Shown here: in pieces, positions 27,075 to 39,814 of the stretch
How the letters are laid out: every line of letters begins with the position of its first letter
Numbering within the stretch: the first letter of the stretch is position 1
Assembly: GCA_951406725.2 (NCBI GenBank)
Contig: OX597820.1
Location: 20,522,001 to 20,586,000, forward strand
DNA: 64,000 nt
Source of the DNA: Octopus vulgaris
Lineage: Eukaryota
Direction: 5' to 3'
The notes under the pieces: model-generated
What the model was told of the DNA's origin: nothing
What the model saw: the letters and a program-made list of their open reading frames with translations, nothing else
The model's database searches: none
Made by a program: the position numbers and the translations under genes

Positions 27075-27540
27075 AATTGACCTAGGAACATAACGTGGTA
27101 TAATCCTTCGCATACTCGAAAACAGGGACATACAGAGTCAATGTTTTCTTATCCTTACTGAGAAAGCTTCCTCCACTATACCATTATTTCAATAAAAGCT
27201 TTAATGAAGGGCCCCATAAAATTGTCTAACATGTAACATGTCAACCTGTAATTCACCCAAAATCTTGCATCATATACTTTAGTCAAATAAACTATGAATA
27301 TAACTAGATACATACATACGCACATATAATACTAATGTAGACAACAATAAGAATAATACTTTCAACAACAGCTGTATAAACCATAATATTTCTCCCCTCT
27401 CTCACTACATTGAGAAAAATAGACTACAAGTCTAACGATAGAAAGAAACAAACGAGGCGTATTAGTCTCCCATCCAGGATACATTCATACTCCTACACGG
27501 CTACAAACATGCTACCACTCTCTCCAGGTTCCTATGGTAG
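27075..27540 (+). mobile_element. Highly decayed Penelope-like fragment (RT-endonuclease linker)
   Basis: RNITWYNPS resembles the PLE linker motif RNIIWFNPPF; parallels KNSVWFVIPF at ~32900 (minus). Confidence 0.4.
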
Positions 27541-27661
27541 CTGAGGGAAAATTATATTCTATAATATAATATCGCCGTAAAGCTAAACACTTTACTGTGA
27601 ATGGCAAGATATGCAGCATGGGTACGCAATGAAAAACCAATAGAAAAGTGAGAAAAAGCAT

Positions 27662-27694
<33 letters not shown>

Positions 27695-28318
27695 ATGCAT
27701 ATGTATATGTATATATATTGGTTAATGACAACCTATAAAGACAGTACTTTGCAAGATAGGGAATAAAAATGCATATCTATACTTTTTCTATGAGAATTAT
27801 CGGCATTAATGAAATCAATGGAAACTAAACTATGTTATTGTGTCGTCTTTGAGGGAGCTTATATTTTGCTTCAAGTTGCTCGCAGCTCCAAAATGCGCTT
27901 ATACAACAAATAGAAACGAATATACAGAACACAAGCTATTATTTGCTTGGGTTTCAATTTCTTTAGATAGAATATAATCAATGTGCTATACTTTAAAATA
28001 TGAAAGTAATATACTTGGTTTACGAAAATACTAGCTACTTTTGCAAAATTAAACAGAGAAATATGAATAATTCTGCTTTGATAAATTTATCAAAAGCTCT
28101 TTGAATAAAATTTTTGACAGAAACTAAGAAATAATTTTGTACTATGTTAAATATTACCTGGTAAATATACACAAAGGCATAAGTATTTTCAAGGAGACAT
28201 CAATATACGCTCACTAGACATACATACGTAGATTTATACATATATATATATATACATACATAGACACACATGCATGTATGCATAGATACATACATACATA
28301 CATACATACATACATACA

Positions 28319-28349
<31 letters not shown>

Positions 28350-28613
28350 GTACATCCTTCCCTCCCTCCATTAATCCATCCAGTAATCCAGCAATCCATG
28401 CATGCATCCATACACATATATACACATTCCTGAACAAAGGTAGGACAAGGTTTAGAAAGGTAGAGAGAGAGAGAGAGGGTAGGTGAAAGAGAGAGGGAGA
28501 AAGCGAGAGAAGACAAGATTGAAAATGTGTGTATAAAAAATGTATGTATATACATATGTGTATGTGAATGTATACATATGTATGTATATACATATGTGTA
28601 TGTGAATGTATAC

Positions 28614-28675
<62 letters not shown>

Positions 28676-29303
28676 CGGGAAGCTTTATGAAAATAGACAA
28701 AAGAAGGATATATGTGTGTGTGTGTGTGTTTATGTCTGTGAATATTGGACATATGGGTGCCTGATTACAAAACAAATATTTAAAATCCATCCTCATTAAT
28801 TAAGAATTTAAAAACTCTGATTAATTTCAAACAAACACCCCCTCACAGACACTTTTATCCGAAATGATATTCTCTAAAATTAGAGACGTATGATTCATCC
28901 TGTTTTCTATAAGTTTTCATACATACATAAGTACGTACGTATATCGGTACACACACACGCGCGAGCAGACACACGCACACACACACACGTATTTATTGTT
29001 AAACGTGTATACGTGTGTACGCATGCATATGTGTGTGTGTGTGCGACATCACAGTTTTTGATTCCCAGTCAAGTGTTTCCAAGTTTGGCTCCAGTTCGTA
29101 GCACCAAGGGCAAGAAACTTCTATTATAACCACGCGTTTGCTAATTTCTTCCTTTTTACTTCAGTAAGAAGAGCCGTACAGATGACACTCTGTGTCCTCT
29201 TCGATAGGAGACAGATGAGAGCAATAGAGGGAGGCATGTATACATTTTCCCAAGCAATTCAAAGCCTGTCATCCAGGGATCGGTTCACATAGTCTCCTGA
29301 GGC

Positions 29304-29341
<38 letters not shown>

Positions 29342-29567
29342 CGCACACACATATATATGCATAAATACGTATATGAATACATATATATATATGTGTGTGT
29401 GTGCGTGTGTATACGTAAGTCGTCTAAAAGTCCATAAATCAAGAAAAAGATGCACTCGTATATCTGTCAATAGAGTGATTTTATTATTTGAAATAATTCT
29501 GTACACTCAGGATAATATATATATATACATATACATAAATACACACACACACACACATAACACACAT

Positions 29568-29640
<73 letters not shown>

Positions 29641-29642
<2 letters not shown>

Positions 29643-30208
29643 AAGGGCATTACTATACATAAATATCTCACGCTAGGAGGGACTCTTAAAGTCAAAATTA
29701 CCATAATAAACACATAGTACCGAATGCGAGGGAATGCAACTCTCGAAGCGAGCCTTTTAAAACAGATTAAGCTGCAGATCATATGATCTCATAATTAGTG
29801 CAGGAAATGCACTTTTTAATCGTCAGTGCATGCATAATCAATACACATAAACATGAACAAAAATCAACATACCAGACGAACACCAAATGTATCCACCATA
29901 GTACACAGAATTGTTCACCCTTATATATCCATGTAAGAGGCGGGCTTTTCAAATTACATCTCGGCACACGGGTTTATTCAGAATAAAATTCAGCACTGAA
30001 TATATTCCGCTTAAATTTAAAATTTAGAAATAGGTTTAAATCTTTATAAGAAATTATGAAGTAGTTGGCGTGAAAAACCTCATAAGGGAAAAGTTTATTA
30101 ATTTCGCCCTTTAAATATATTTATTTATATTAAGGGCATTACTATACATAGAGGTTTTTTACGTTAACTACTTGATAATTTCTTATAAAGATTTTAACCT
30201 ATTTTTAA

Positions 30209-30211
<3 letters not shown>
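29641..30211 (-). mobile_element. Terminally redundant ~490-bp non-coding unit with an inverted end, inside (TA)n (PLE-LTR / retrozyme-like)
   Basis: 21-bp direct repeat at 29641-29661 and 30130-30150; inverted repeat 30021-30081 / 30151-30211; hammerhead-like motif at 29771-29833. Confidence 0.55.
29771..29833 (-). ncRNA. Hammerhead ribozyme variant (GAAA changed to GAGA)
   Basis: Minus: gcatgca-CTGACGA-...gtgca tttcc tgcac...-GAGA-TC ATAT GA-TC-tgcagc. Confidence 0.55.
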
Positions 30212-30294
<83 letters not shown>

Positions 30295-30298
30295 TATA

Positions 30299-30356
<58 letters not shown>

Positions 30357-30358
<2 letters not shown>

Positions 30359-31145
30359 ATGGGTGTATGAATTATCCTATGTTTACCGTTAACATGGAAA
30401 ATTCAATGAACCGTTACCAGGGTAGCAAATTCACGTCAGAAACTCGGTTGAAGCGACCTATCCAAAGGTAGAAGCTCCGGGTTAATGTGTAGTAATTTGT
30501 GTGTTACAGATGAATAAATAAATAAATGGAGTTGAACGAAGATGTTAATAAAATTCCTTTACTTTCGACATATGTTTCGAAGACAGCATGGTTTTATTCC
30601 AAAGGAATAAACGGTGTAAGATGCAATCTTCTCATCAGGAAAGAAAGAGAGCCTCTCTCAACAACAAGACATTATAACATTAACGATGGCTGCCTACATG
30701 ATAAACAGAACGTTATTAAGTATTAAAAACAGCCGTTAGTAGATTCGACGTTAAAGGCAGATAGAAGGAGGGGAAGGGTTAAAGGTATACTAATTAGGAA
30801 ACAAATAGAGAGGGAGGGATACGTTGATTAAAAGAATGTTCAAAGGCTTAGGAAAAGATTCCTCTATTGAAGTGAAGTGCAAGTTAAACTGATTGTTCAA
30901 ACTATAATGACTGGCGAAATCACTTATATGAGTAAAATGTATGTTTCTGCCAGTGTTTACATTTGTACGATCTCTCTATGAGTGTGTTTACAAGGGGATT
31001 CTTCGAGAAGAGAATATGGAAGAGTTCAGAGTTGCAACTGTTGCAAAACCTCTTGCCCTTATCGAAAGGAAAATATATGGACAAAATGAACCAATCTAAC
31101 TTGAAATCTGTATTGTTGTCTTTAAGACGCCAAACTAATTTACTT
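30357..31145 (-). mobile_element. Penelope-like element 3' part: GIY-YIG C-terminus plus pLTR
   Basis: ORF 30920-31153 SKLVWRLKDNNTDFKLDWFIL...CNSCNSE...KCKH resembles the PLE endonuclease C-terminus; the downstream UTR contains a hammerhead. Confidence 0.8.
30562..30643 (-). ncRNA. Type-I hammerhead ribozyme with intact core
   Basis: Minus: CTTTC-CTGATGA-GAAGA...TCTTC-GAAAC-ATAT-GTC-GAAAG; stems I, II and III all pair; GUC cleavage triplet. Confidence 0.9.
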
Positions 31146-31149
31146 ATTA

Positions 31150-31225
<76 letters not shown>

Positions 31226-32504
31226 TTTTTTTCTTCTTCTTTCAAATTTGCTATCATTTCTTGCCGAGTGTCTTCCCGACTCCTAGGGCAAAGAAACTCA
31301 TAGTATACATTGGTAGGCCATTAAACCAAACTCAGTAGTTCGTTCATTTTTTTTTTTTTTTTTTAAAGTTAAATTAAAATACATGAGCAGCAACAGTTCT
31401 CACATCGACAATGCTCTTCTCAATACGTGTGATGTACCAGTTAAGACAATCTTTTGCACTTCTTGCAGGGATGGTAAGCCAGGGATCATTCTCATATAAT
31501 TTTCGGTTCCCTTCTTGATCATTCCTAGTGCTCCTACGATCACTGGTATTGTAACCGCCTTGAGATGCCACATTTTCTCAATTTCAATGAGTAGGTCTTT
31601 ATATTTTCTGAGCTTGTCAAACTCTTTCGCTGAGATATTATGATCACAAGGGATGCTCATGTCGATCAATAAGCAAACTTTATTGTTTTGGTCTTTCACA
31701 ATAATATCTGGTTTATTGGCCTTGATGGTTCGGTCTGTATGTACTGGAAAGTCCCACAGAATGGTTACATTTTCTCCTTCAGTTACAGCCTCAGGGTGGT
31801 GATTATACCACTTGTCGGCAGTTTTGATATTGTAATGCCGACTTATTAGCCAGTGGAGATATTGGCCAACTCTGTCATGTCTTAATTTATACTCCACTGG
31901 TGCTAAGACTTTACATCCAGAGATTAGGTGGTCCACTGTTTCAATCATGTCGTTGCAGAATCGGCATTTTGGGTCTGCTCCATTTTTCATCACATTGGCC
32001 TGGTAGTTCCGAGTTAATAGGCATTGACCTTGAGCAGCCAGGATGAAACCTTCGCTCTCTGCTTTTAGCCCTGAGCTCCGTAGCCACTGATGGGTTTGCT
32101 TCTGGTCAACATCAGCTTGTTTGCTGCGGGCCACATATTTGCCGTGCAGAGGTTTCTCTTCCCACCTATCAGCCAATTGCTCGTGCGCTTTTTTCATTGC
32201 CATCATTTTCACCTTCTTTGCAACAATAGTTGCCGTACTTCCCTCGGGTTGTTCAGTTTGGGTATCCTGCACGAGATCAATAGCAAATTTTTTTGCTTTC
32301 CTTTATGATAGAATGAAGCTTCTTTCGTCTCTCGTGATTTTCCACGAGCTTTAGCATCCAGTCATTCGACATTTCGAGATATTTGGCCAGTCCAATTGTG
32401 GTTGTTTTGTAAGCTAGTTCAAATTGGATCAGGCCTCGACCTCCTTGGGCGCTGGGAAGGTAAAGGCGATCTACGTCTGCCTTTGGGTGGTGCATCCTAT
32501 TACA

Positions 32505-32507
<3 letters not shown>
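31226..32507 (-). mobile_element. 5'-truncated Dong/R4-clade (RLE) non-LTR retrotransposon
   Basis: HPKADVDRLYLP..GGRGL, CCHC CRFC...H...C, RHD, PD..D endonuclease (KPDIIVKD...IDMSIP), KLRKYKDL; bounded by (TAA)n on both sides; one frameshift near 32275. Confidence 0.92.
31400..32272 (-). pseudogene. Dong/R4 zinc-knuckle plus restriction-like endonuclease coding segment (290 aa open)
   Basis: ORF track; motifs as above; most of the RT is missing. Confidence 0.85.
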
Positions 32508-32601
<94 letters not shown>

Positions 32602-32603
32602 AC

Positions 32604-32641
<38 letters not shown>

Positions 32642-33931
32642 GTATTATTGTAATTGTATGAGGGGTTGGAATTAACAAGATTAATGTTGGAACTCCCGGA
32701 TAAAGAACCTTTATTTAGCATATTGGTATTGTGAGAATATATAATTTGTGAGAGATTCTTAGTGTGGGAGAAAGCGATTCTAACTTTGTGGGGGTTGATA
32801 ATAGAATAATATCTAGAATTTTTTTGAAAGTTCCTAGCAACTGCTTCACGGAACTGCAAAGGAAGGTTCGATTTAATTTGTTTTCCAAATGGGATTACGA
32901 ACCAGACACTATTCTTAGTGACTTTTGAATTGTAAGTGGTATTTTTTATAAAGGTAGGGGAAAACTTTCATGGTTGGAAATTTAAGGTTAAATGACGCTT
33001 ACTTCCCCTGGTCCGTAAAGAATTTATATTATGTATTGGGCTGCTTACACTATTAGAATTAAAATCTCTCTTACTATTACAACTAGATATTTTGTCCGGA
33101 GCAGCAGCAATAGGACTAGAATGAGCAGAATCAATGTATGACACTTTCTCTTTATAGCCAGCTTTTATCAAGGCGGCGTTATAGAAGTCTGCTTTTCGTT
33201 AAAAATGTCAACATTGGCAGATAATTTCGACAATCTAAGTGAGATGTTTTTAACTAAAATATTGGTAATTACCCTAGCGTGATTACTGTAAAGACTAATA
33301 TATTTAAGATTCGTAGAAGGTTTATGGTATGGGAAGTACGAGTTATTTTGTAAATTGAGAGTAATGTCTAAGAAGTTGGCTTTAGTTAACTCATCGTCAA
33401 AAACGATGCGCAAGCCCATTCTACTAAAAAACCTAACTAATCTATTCTTAACCTTCTGTATTTTTTTATTTGAAATGTTTTGGAGGTAAAGCAGACAATC
33501 GTCGCGATAAAGACCTCTGCAGATGTCCGGGAACTGGTCGGCCATTTCATAAAGAATATATATTCCGACCAAATCGGCTATCTGGGCGCTGTCTCAACTT
33601 CCCATTAGTACATCAAACGCATTAGGAGTATCACTCCGGACCCACAACTTGTTATCAAACTTGATAAAATATTTCCTAGCAGTCAGTATCACATTAATTT
33701 CTTCCCTAGAGAGACCTGCTTTATTGTGTGCGTGCCATAGGGCCTTATTGAATATAATAGGGTTGATTGAAGAATAGAAACTTGATATATCAAATTGAAT
33801 AAATTTAGTGTTGGCCTTATCAGTAATGGAAGTAAACCAATTTACAACTTGAACAGAATTAGACCATAAGCTAAGTTTTAATTTTTTAATTAATGTAGGG
33901 ATATACTTATCTAATATGTATTTGCTAAGAG

Positions 33932-34152
<221 letters not shown>

Positions 34153-34287
34153 TACATATATACATACATACATACATGCATACATACATATAATGACATA
34201 TATATAATCATATATGGAAATTAATAGAAATTTTCACTTCCAGTGGACTAACGTGTAAAAATTTAGTCCAAAGTGTATGTATTACTC

Positions 34288-34426
34288 ATAAAATACAGTG
34301 TATATTTAAACACATAAGGAATCTACTCGTGGGATTCAACTCCTAGAAAGAACCTAACTGTTCTTTCTAGCGTGTTGAATCCCACGAGTGGATTCCTTAT
34401 GTGTTTGAATGTACACTGTATTTTAT
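34288..34426. repeat. Foldback inverted repeat (~66-bp arms, 6-nt loop)
   Basis: ATAAAATACAGTGT...CTAGAAAGAAC / GTTCTTTCTAG...ACACTGTATTTTAT. Confidence 0.9.
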
Positions 34427-34466
34427 ACACACACACATATATATGTATATATATATATATATAAAT

Positions 34467-34871
34467 AGGCGCAAGAGTGGCTGTGTGATAAGTAGCTTGC
34501 TTACCAACCACATGGTTCCGGGTTCAGTCCTGCTGCGTGGCATCTTGGGCAAGTGTCTTCTACTCGGGCCGACCAAAGCCTTGTGAATGGATTTGGTAGA
34601 CGGAAATTGAAAGAAGCCCGTTGTATATATGTATAAATATATATATATGTGTGTGTGTATGTTTGTGTGTCTGTGTTTGTCCCCCTAGCATTGCTTGACA
34701 ACCGATGCTGGTGTGTTTATGTCCCCGTTACTTAGCGGTTCGGTAAAAGAGACCGATAAAATAAGTACTGGGCTTACAAATAATAAGTCCCAGGGTCGAT
34801 TTGCTAGACTAAAGGCGGTGCTCCAGCATGGCCGCAGTAAAAATGACTAAAACAAGTAAAAGAGTAAAAGA

Positions 34872-34873
<2 letters not shown>
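34467..34873 (+). mobile_element. SINE family A, full length
   Basis: Head, microsatellite and tail. Confidence 0.85.
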
Positions 34874-34910
<37 letters not shown>

Positions 34911-35830
34911 TAGATAGATATTATACATACATACATACATAAGGCCACTCCTTGAGTACTAATCTAAAGATGAACTATAACGACGAGGACGACCACAACA
35001 ACGGAAGAATATTCTTTCTATACAACATTAAATATTACATTAAGTATTGACTCTGTTGAGCGTAGTGCTGGAAGCAATTTCCTGTCAAAGCTTAAACAGT
35101 ATTTCTCTTGCATTGTGAGGCTTTGTAACTATTTTATATAACGTAAAACTTCCGAAATATAAAATTTATGTAATTGTAAAGAAGAAATATCAACAATTTA
35201 TTTAGACCGATATAAACTATAATTCTCGAATTAATTATGAGTCATTTTAAATAAGTAATGTTGGTGAATCTTGCTTTTGAAACAACATCGATATAATGAA
35301 GATATTTATTTGTTGTCACTCCTACATTAAACGGAACCAGTTTAGAAAGTTTCAACTAAAGTGCAATCATTCTTTTTGCTATTCAATTTTATTTGTGTAT
35401 TGTCTTGACAGTAAAAACAATTTTTAAAAGTTACAAATAAATCTCATGTGATGTATCAATACATTCTATAAATATTCTTATGTAATGTATCAGTATCTTA
35501 TGACAAGTAATATTTCATTATATTTCCTATATAAAATAAATAGATATTTGACGATATTCTGTTCGAAGTTGGAACGAAAAGATCCAATCTTCCCCATCTT
35601 AATTCAACGTTATGATTTACATGAAATATATGCCTTAAAATAATTTCCAATAAAAAATTGAACTATTTGATGGGTAGACATTTCTGGTCAGAAGTTTTAC
35701 TTCTAAACCTCCTGATTCCGGGTTCAGTCCCTCTACGTTGCACCTAGAGTGAGCGTCTTCTACTGTAACGTCACGCCGACCAAAGCCTTGTGAGTGGATT
35801 TGATAGGCGAAAACAGAAAGAAGCCCGTCT

Positions 35831-35917
<87 letters not shown>

Positions 35918-35929
35918 ATATACATATTT

Positions 35930-36097
35930 CGCTAGCCCCTACACATTCTTTATTTTCTTTCCTTGTTTCCTTCAGTGTTCCTTTCTGTGAAAGAGCGTAG
36001 GTTCGAAACGTTCAGGACTTCTTCACTTCCCGAACGTTAAACTATTACATCTCTTTGTTGCCTACACCACCTGTCTTTGTCTTTTTTTGTGAATTAT

Positions 36098-36101
<4 letters not shown>
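35930..36101 (+). mobile_element. PLE-LTR-like island in (TA)n with a degenerate minimal hammerhead
   Basis: CTGTGAA-A-GAGC GTAG GTTC-GAAAC-GTT at ~35985-36012. Confidence 0.45.
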
Positions 36102-36153
<52 letters not shown>

Positions 36154-36370
36154 TCTTATGAGTTTTTTTCACTCTAACTATTTGATAAATTCTTATGAAG
36201 ATTTTATCCTATTTTAAAATTATATATATATATAAGGTAAAGCTTTGCAGGAAAGATTTCTTTTCGCCTAATCAGTCTTTTGGGCCCTGGTGCAGAAGTT
36301 CCAGAGTTTTGAGGAGTGTGGAACCATCTCTTAGAGATTATTGTTACCAGGGTCAGAATAAATCCCTCCC

Positions 36371-36438
36371 AGTGGTTCACATGTTAATTAATCCATACCT
36401 GGGATCCCATGTATGGTTTAATTAACATGTGAACCACT
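36371..36438. repeat. 68-bp near-perfect palindrome centred on GGATCC
   Basis: 34-bp arms, two mismatches. Confidence 0.9.
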
Positions 36439-36649
36439 AAAACTTCATTTTAGGGGAAGGTAAACTCGTATAACAATATACTTGAAGTGTGGTTAGTTTC
36501 TGTTCGCCTCAACTTCTGTTGTGCCACTGGTTCTATTGCTGAGTTCAGTGCTGTGCAGCATTTTACAAGAATTTCTTGGACCATTGAAATGTTTACACAG
36601 TCTTACTGGGTTTAGGAAGTGGTCTTACTCGGTCATGAGTTGATTTCCA

Positions 36650-36694
<45 letters not shown>

Positions 36695-36696
<2 letters not shown>

Positions 36697-36822
36697 TATT
36701 ATATAGAAGGAGCTTTACAGGACTAGAACTGTTTCATTCAAGAGAAATCTTCAGGAGCTTCCTGAAGATTTCTCTTGAATGAAACAGTTCTAGTCCTGTA
36801 GAAGCTCCTTCTATATAATAAA
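36695..36822. repeat. Foldback inverted repeat (~62-bp arms) containing a hammerhead motif on each strand
   Basis: Arms meet at CAGGA-GCT-TCCTG; one single-base indel between arms. Confidence 0.92.
36754..36808 (+). ncRNA. Type-I hammerhead ribozyme
   Basis: GGAGCTTC-CTGAAGA-tTTC TCTT GAAt-GAAACAG-ttctagtc-CTGTA-GAAGCTCC; 8-bp stem I, 4-bp stem III, GUA triplet; U-U instead of the usual pair at the base of stem II. Confidence 0.8.
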
Positions 36823-36889
36823 TTAATTTTACTCTGCTATGTATTGAGTACCTTATTTACTGTGGTTAACCCCGAATCAACCCGGGACC

Positions 36890-36974
<85 letters not shown>

Positions 36975-37099
36975 ATATATATATAACGATATTCAATCTC
37001 GTGTTTCTCCTTTTTCGAGATCACCGACAGTTTGTATTTTGCGTTTGAAATGAGTTCTTATCCCTTGCTGATGACTATCACACGCTGATGACAGGTCAC

Positions 37100-37135
<36 letters not shown>

Positions 37136-37200
37136 ATGTATATATATATATGTGTGTGTGTGTGTATGTATATATATATATATATATATATATAAGTGAC

Positions 37201-37287
37201 GGATCTTTGATGAAATTGCAGCGACTAGGATGCATAATTGCATACAGAGCAACGTGCAGTTGCTGCAGTAGAAACATATGTTGGTCA
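37201..37287 (+). ncRNA. Degenerate hammerhead ribozyme
   Basis: TTGATGA, 12-bp stem II (ATTGCAGCGACT/AGTTGCTGCAGT), GAAAC-ATAT-GTT; first core C lost, weak stem I. Confidence 0.55.
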
Positions 37288-37345
37288 TTATTACATATGT
37301 TGTAGAAAACATTTCAATAAAATCTATATTCTCCAATTGGTTTTC

Positions 37346-37404
<59 letters not shown>

Positions 37405-37423
37405 ATATATATATGTATATATA

Positions 37424-37647
37424 TTATGAGGTGGGTGCTGAAAAGTTTCTGGCTTTAAGGGTACTGTGAAAGGCCTGGTTTGGGGTCCAATCTTCCGAGT
37501 TCTTTCACAGGGCTTAGAAAAAATTAAGGACTGCTGCAATATGTGTGTGAATTTGATAGGGGAATATGTTGAATAAAATCATAATTAACTGATCCTTCTG
37601 TATTTTCTTTTGCCACAGCTTGGAACTTTTCAGCCCCCAACACCTCG
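37424..37647. mobile_element. Mariner-derived MITE
   Basis: Imperfect TIRs GAGGTGGGTGCTGAAAAGTT / AACTTTTCAGCCCCC..CACCTCG; contains a transposase-end-like GEYVE*. Confidence 0.65.
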
Positions 37648-37686
37648 TGTTTGTGTTTGTGTGTGTGTATAATATAATATAATATA

Positions 37687-37773
<87 letters not shown>

Positions 37774-38759
37774 TAGTAGTTGAATAATATTCTGAAGGCC
37801 ACAATTTACTCACACGCAGAATCTTTCAGATCTTGTCACTAATTCAGTTCTTAACCAAATTGAAAACTGTTAACATTTGTGAAAAGGGCTGATCCCTAGC
37901 TAGATTTTGGCATAAAGAAATTGAGATTTGATCCAGTAGAAAAAAGTTTACATCAAAATTTGTAGCAACGTTATAAGAGAATAAGTAACTCCTCCAATCA
38001 AATTTAGATCTAAATAACTTTTTTATATTGTAAAAGCAAAATTTATTTATCTTAGCTTCAGTGATAGAAGAATGCATGAAGAATTTCATAGTTTTGCTCC
38101 CATGCAACAAAAATTTGTATTAAAAAAGTTGTGGGGTAAAATATCATGAAAATAGATATGAGGCAAAAATTTGGATTTAAGTATAATTAGCTTTTGTATT
38201 TTAAAATCAAACTATATTTTAATTAAGCTTAAATGACAGCTCAATTCGAGGAATTTCACGGTATCAGTCTCATGCAATGAAGTTTTAAAAGAAAAAGTTA
38301 TGAGCGTTTGTTTTTGGAACACGCACTTTCATTATATTGTGCTATAGTAAAACCGCTCGTATTTTACACGGCCATTTGAGGCCCTAGTGAAATTAGGTTG
38401 GTGGGAATGATAGCTTCTTGTAACGAATATTGGTTTCAAATTTTGGCACAAGGCCAACAATTTCAGGGGCGGAGATAAATCAAATACATCGACCCCAGTA
38501 CTCAACTGGTACTTATTTTATCGACCTCGAAGAGATAAAAGCCAAAGACGGACTAAATGCCGCTAAGCATTTTAACCGGCGTGCTAACGATTCTCTTGGC
38601 TCGCCGACTTATCATGTAACTAATATTGTATCGTTTTGTTTTTTTCTTCGGTTACCATCATCGTTTGAGCGAGTGCACAACGTGCTATTTTGTTGAAACT
38701 TTTGTCAGCCAGTAAAATGCGAGACGCTTTTTCGCCGCACATTGTGTGTGTATATATAT

Positions 38760-39098
38760 ATTTGACTGTGGCCTTGCTGGAGCACCGCCTTTAGTCGAGC
38801 AAATCGATCCCAGGACTTATTCTTTGGGAGCCTAGTACTTATTCTAAGTTACGGGGACGTAAACACATCACCATCGGTTGTCAAGCGATGTTGGGGTGAC
38901 AAACACAGACACACAAATACACACACACACACATATATATACATATTTATACGACGTCTACCGAATCCACTCACAAAGCTTTTCTTCGGCTCGAGGCTAT
39001 AGTAGAAGACACTTGCCCAAGGTGCCACGCAGTGGGACTGAACCCGGAACCATGTGGTTGGTAAGCAAGCTACTTACCACACAGCCACTCTTGCGCCT
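38760..39098 (-). mobile_element. SINE family A
   Basis: Similarity to other copies. Confidence 0.8.
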
Positions 39099-39099
39099 A

Positions 39100-39196
<97 letters not shown>

Positions 39197-39814
39197 TGTA
39201 TGTATGTATATATACTCACCCTATCACATCATGCGTGATGGAAAGTATTTTGCTTATATTAAAATAATTAATGACCACACAAATGCTGCAAAAAACGACA
39301 ATTTAATTAACTGTTGCTGCTCTTCTAAACTAGCTATTCTGTGCAAAATTCCCCTTTGTTTTATATTACATAATTGGGGCAATTAAAACACTTAATGGCT
39401 CTGGAATTGCGTAAGAAAACAGCATATAACTCATAACTCAATGCTTTCCTTTTGCTTTTTCATTAGAATGTATTTCTTAGAACTTGGACATCATCGATTA
39501 CGAATAATTTGAAAATCATTGATCATATTGTTTTCCTGGAATCCTATATTGCGGAGACTATTTTTAGTTAACCAACAAGACTGTATCCAAAGTTTTGTGT
39601 TTCATCTTCACACATCGTATAATATGTTATTATCATATATCGAATTAGTTGCGCTATAATTAACAATGTTGTTAATATGCTATAGTTTCACTCATGTCTC
39701 TAGTATTGAACAAAGCATTTCATATATAAAATAAAATAAAATAAAATAAATATTTTCTTCTCCAGCCATGCCAGGCTCATGAGGGCCGGTTTTCCGGTTT
39801 CAATGAATTTATTT

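Noticed and set aside
36575-36650. CTCATGA...GTAAAC motif on the minus strand
   Set aside because: Both core segments are altered and the stems are unconvincing.
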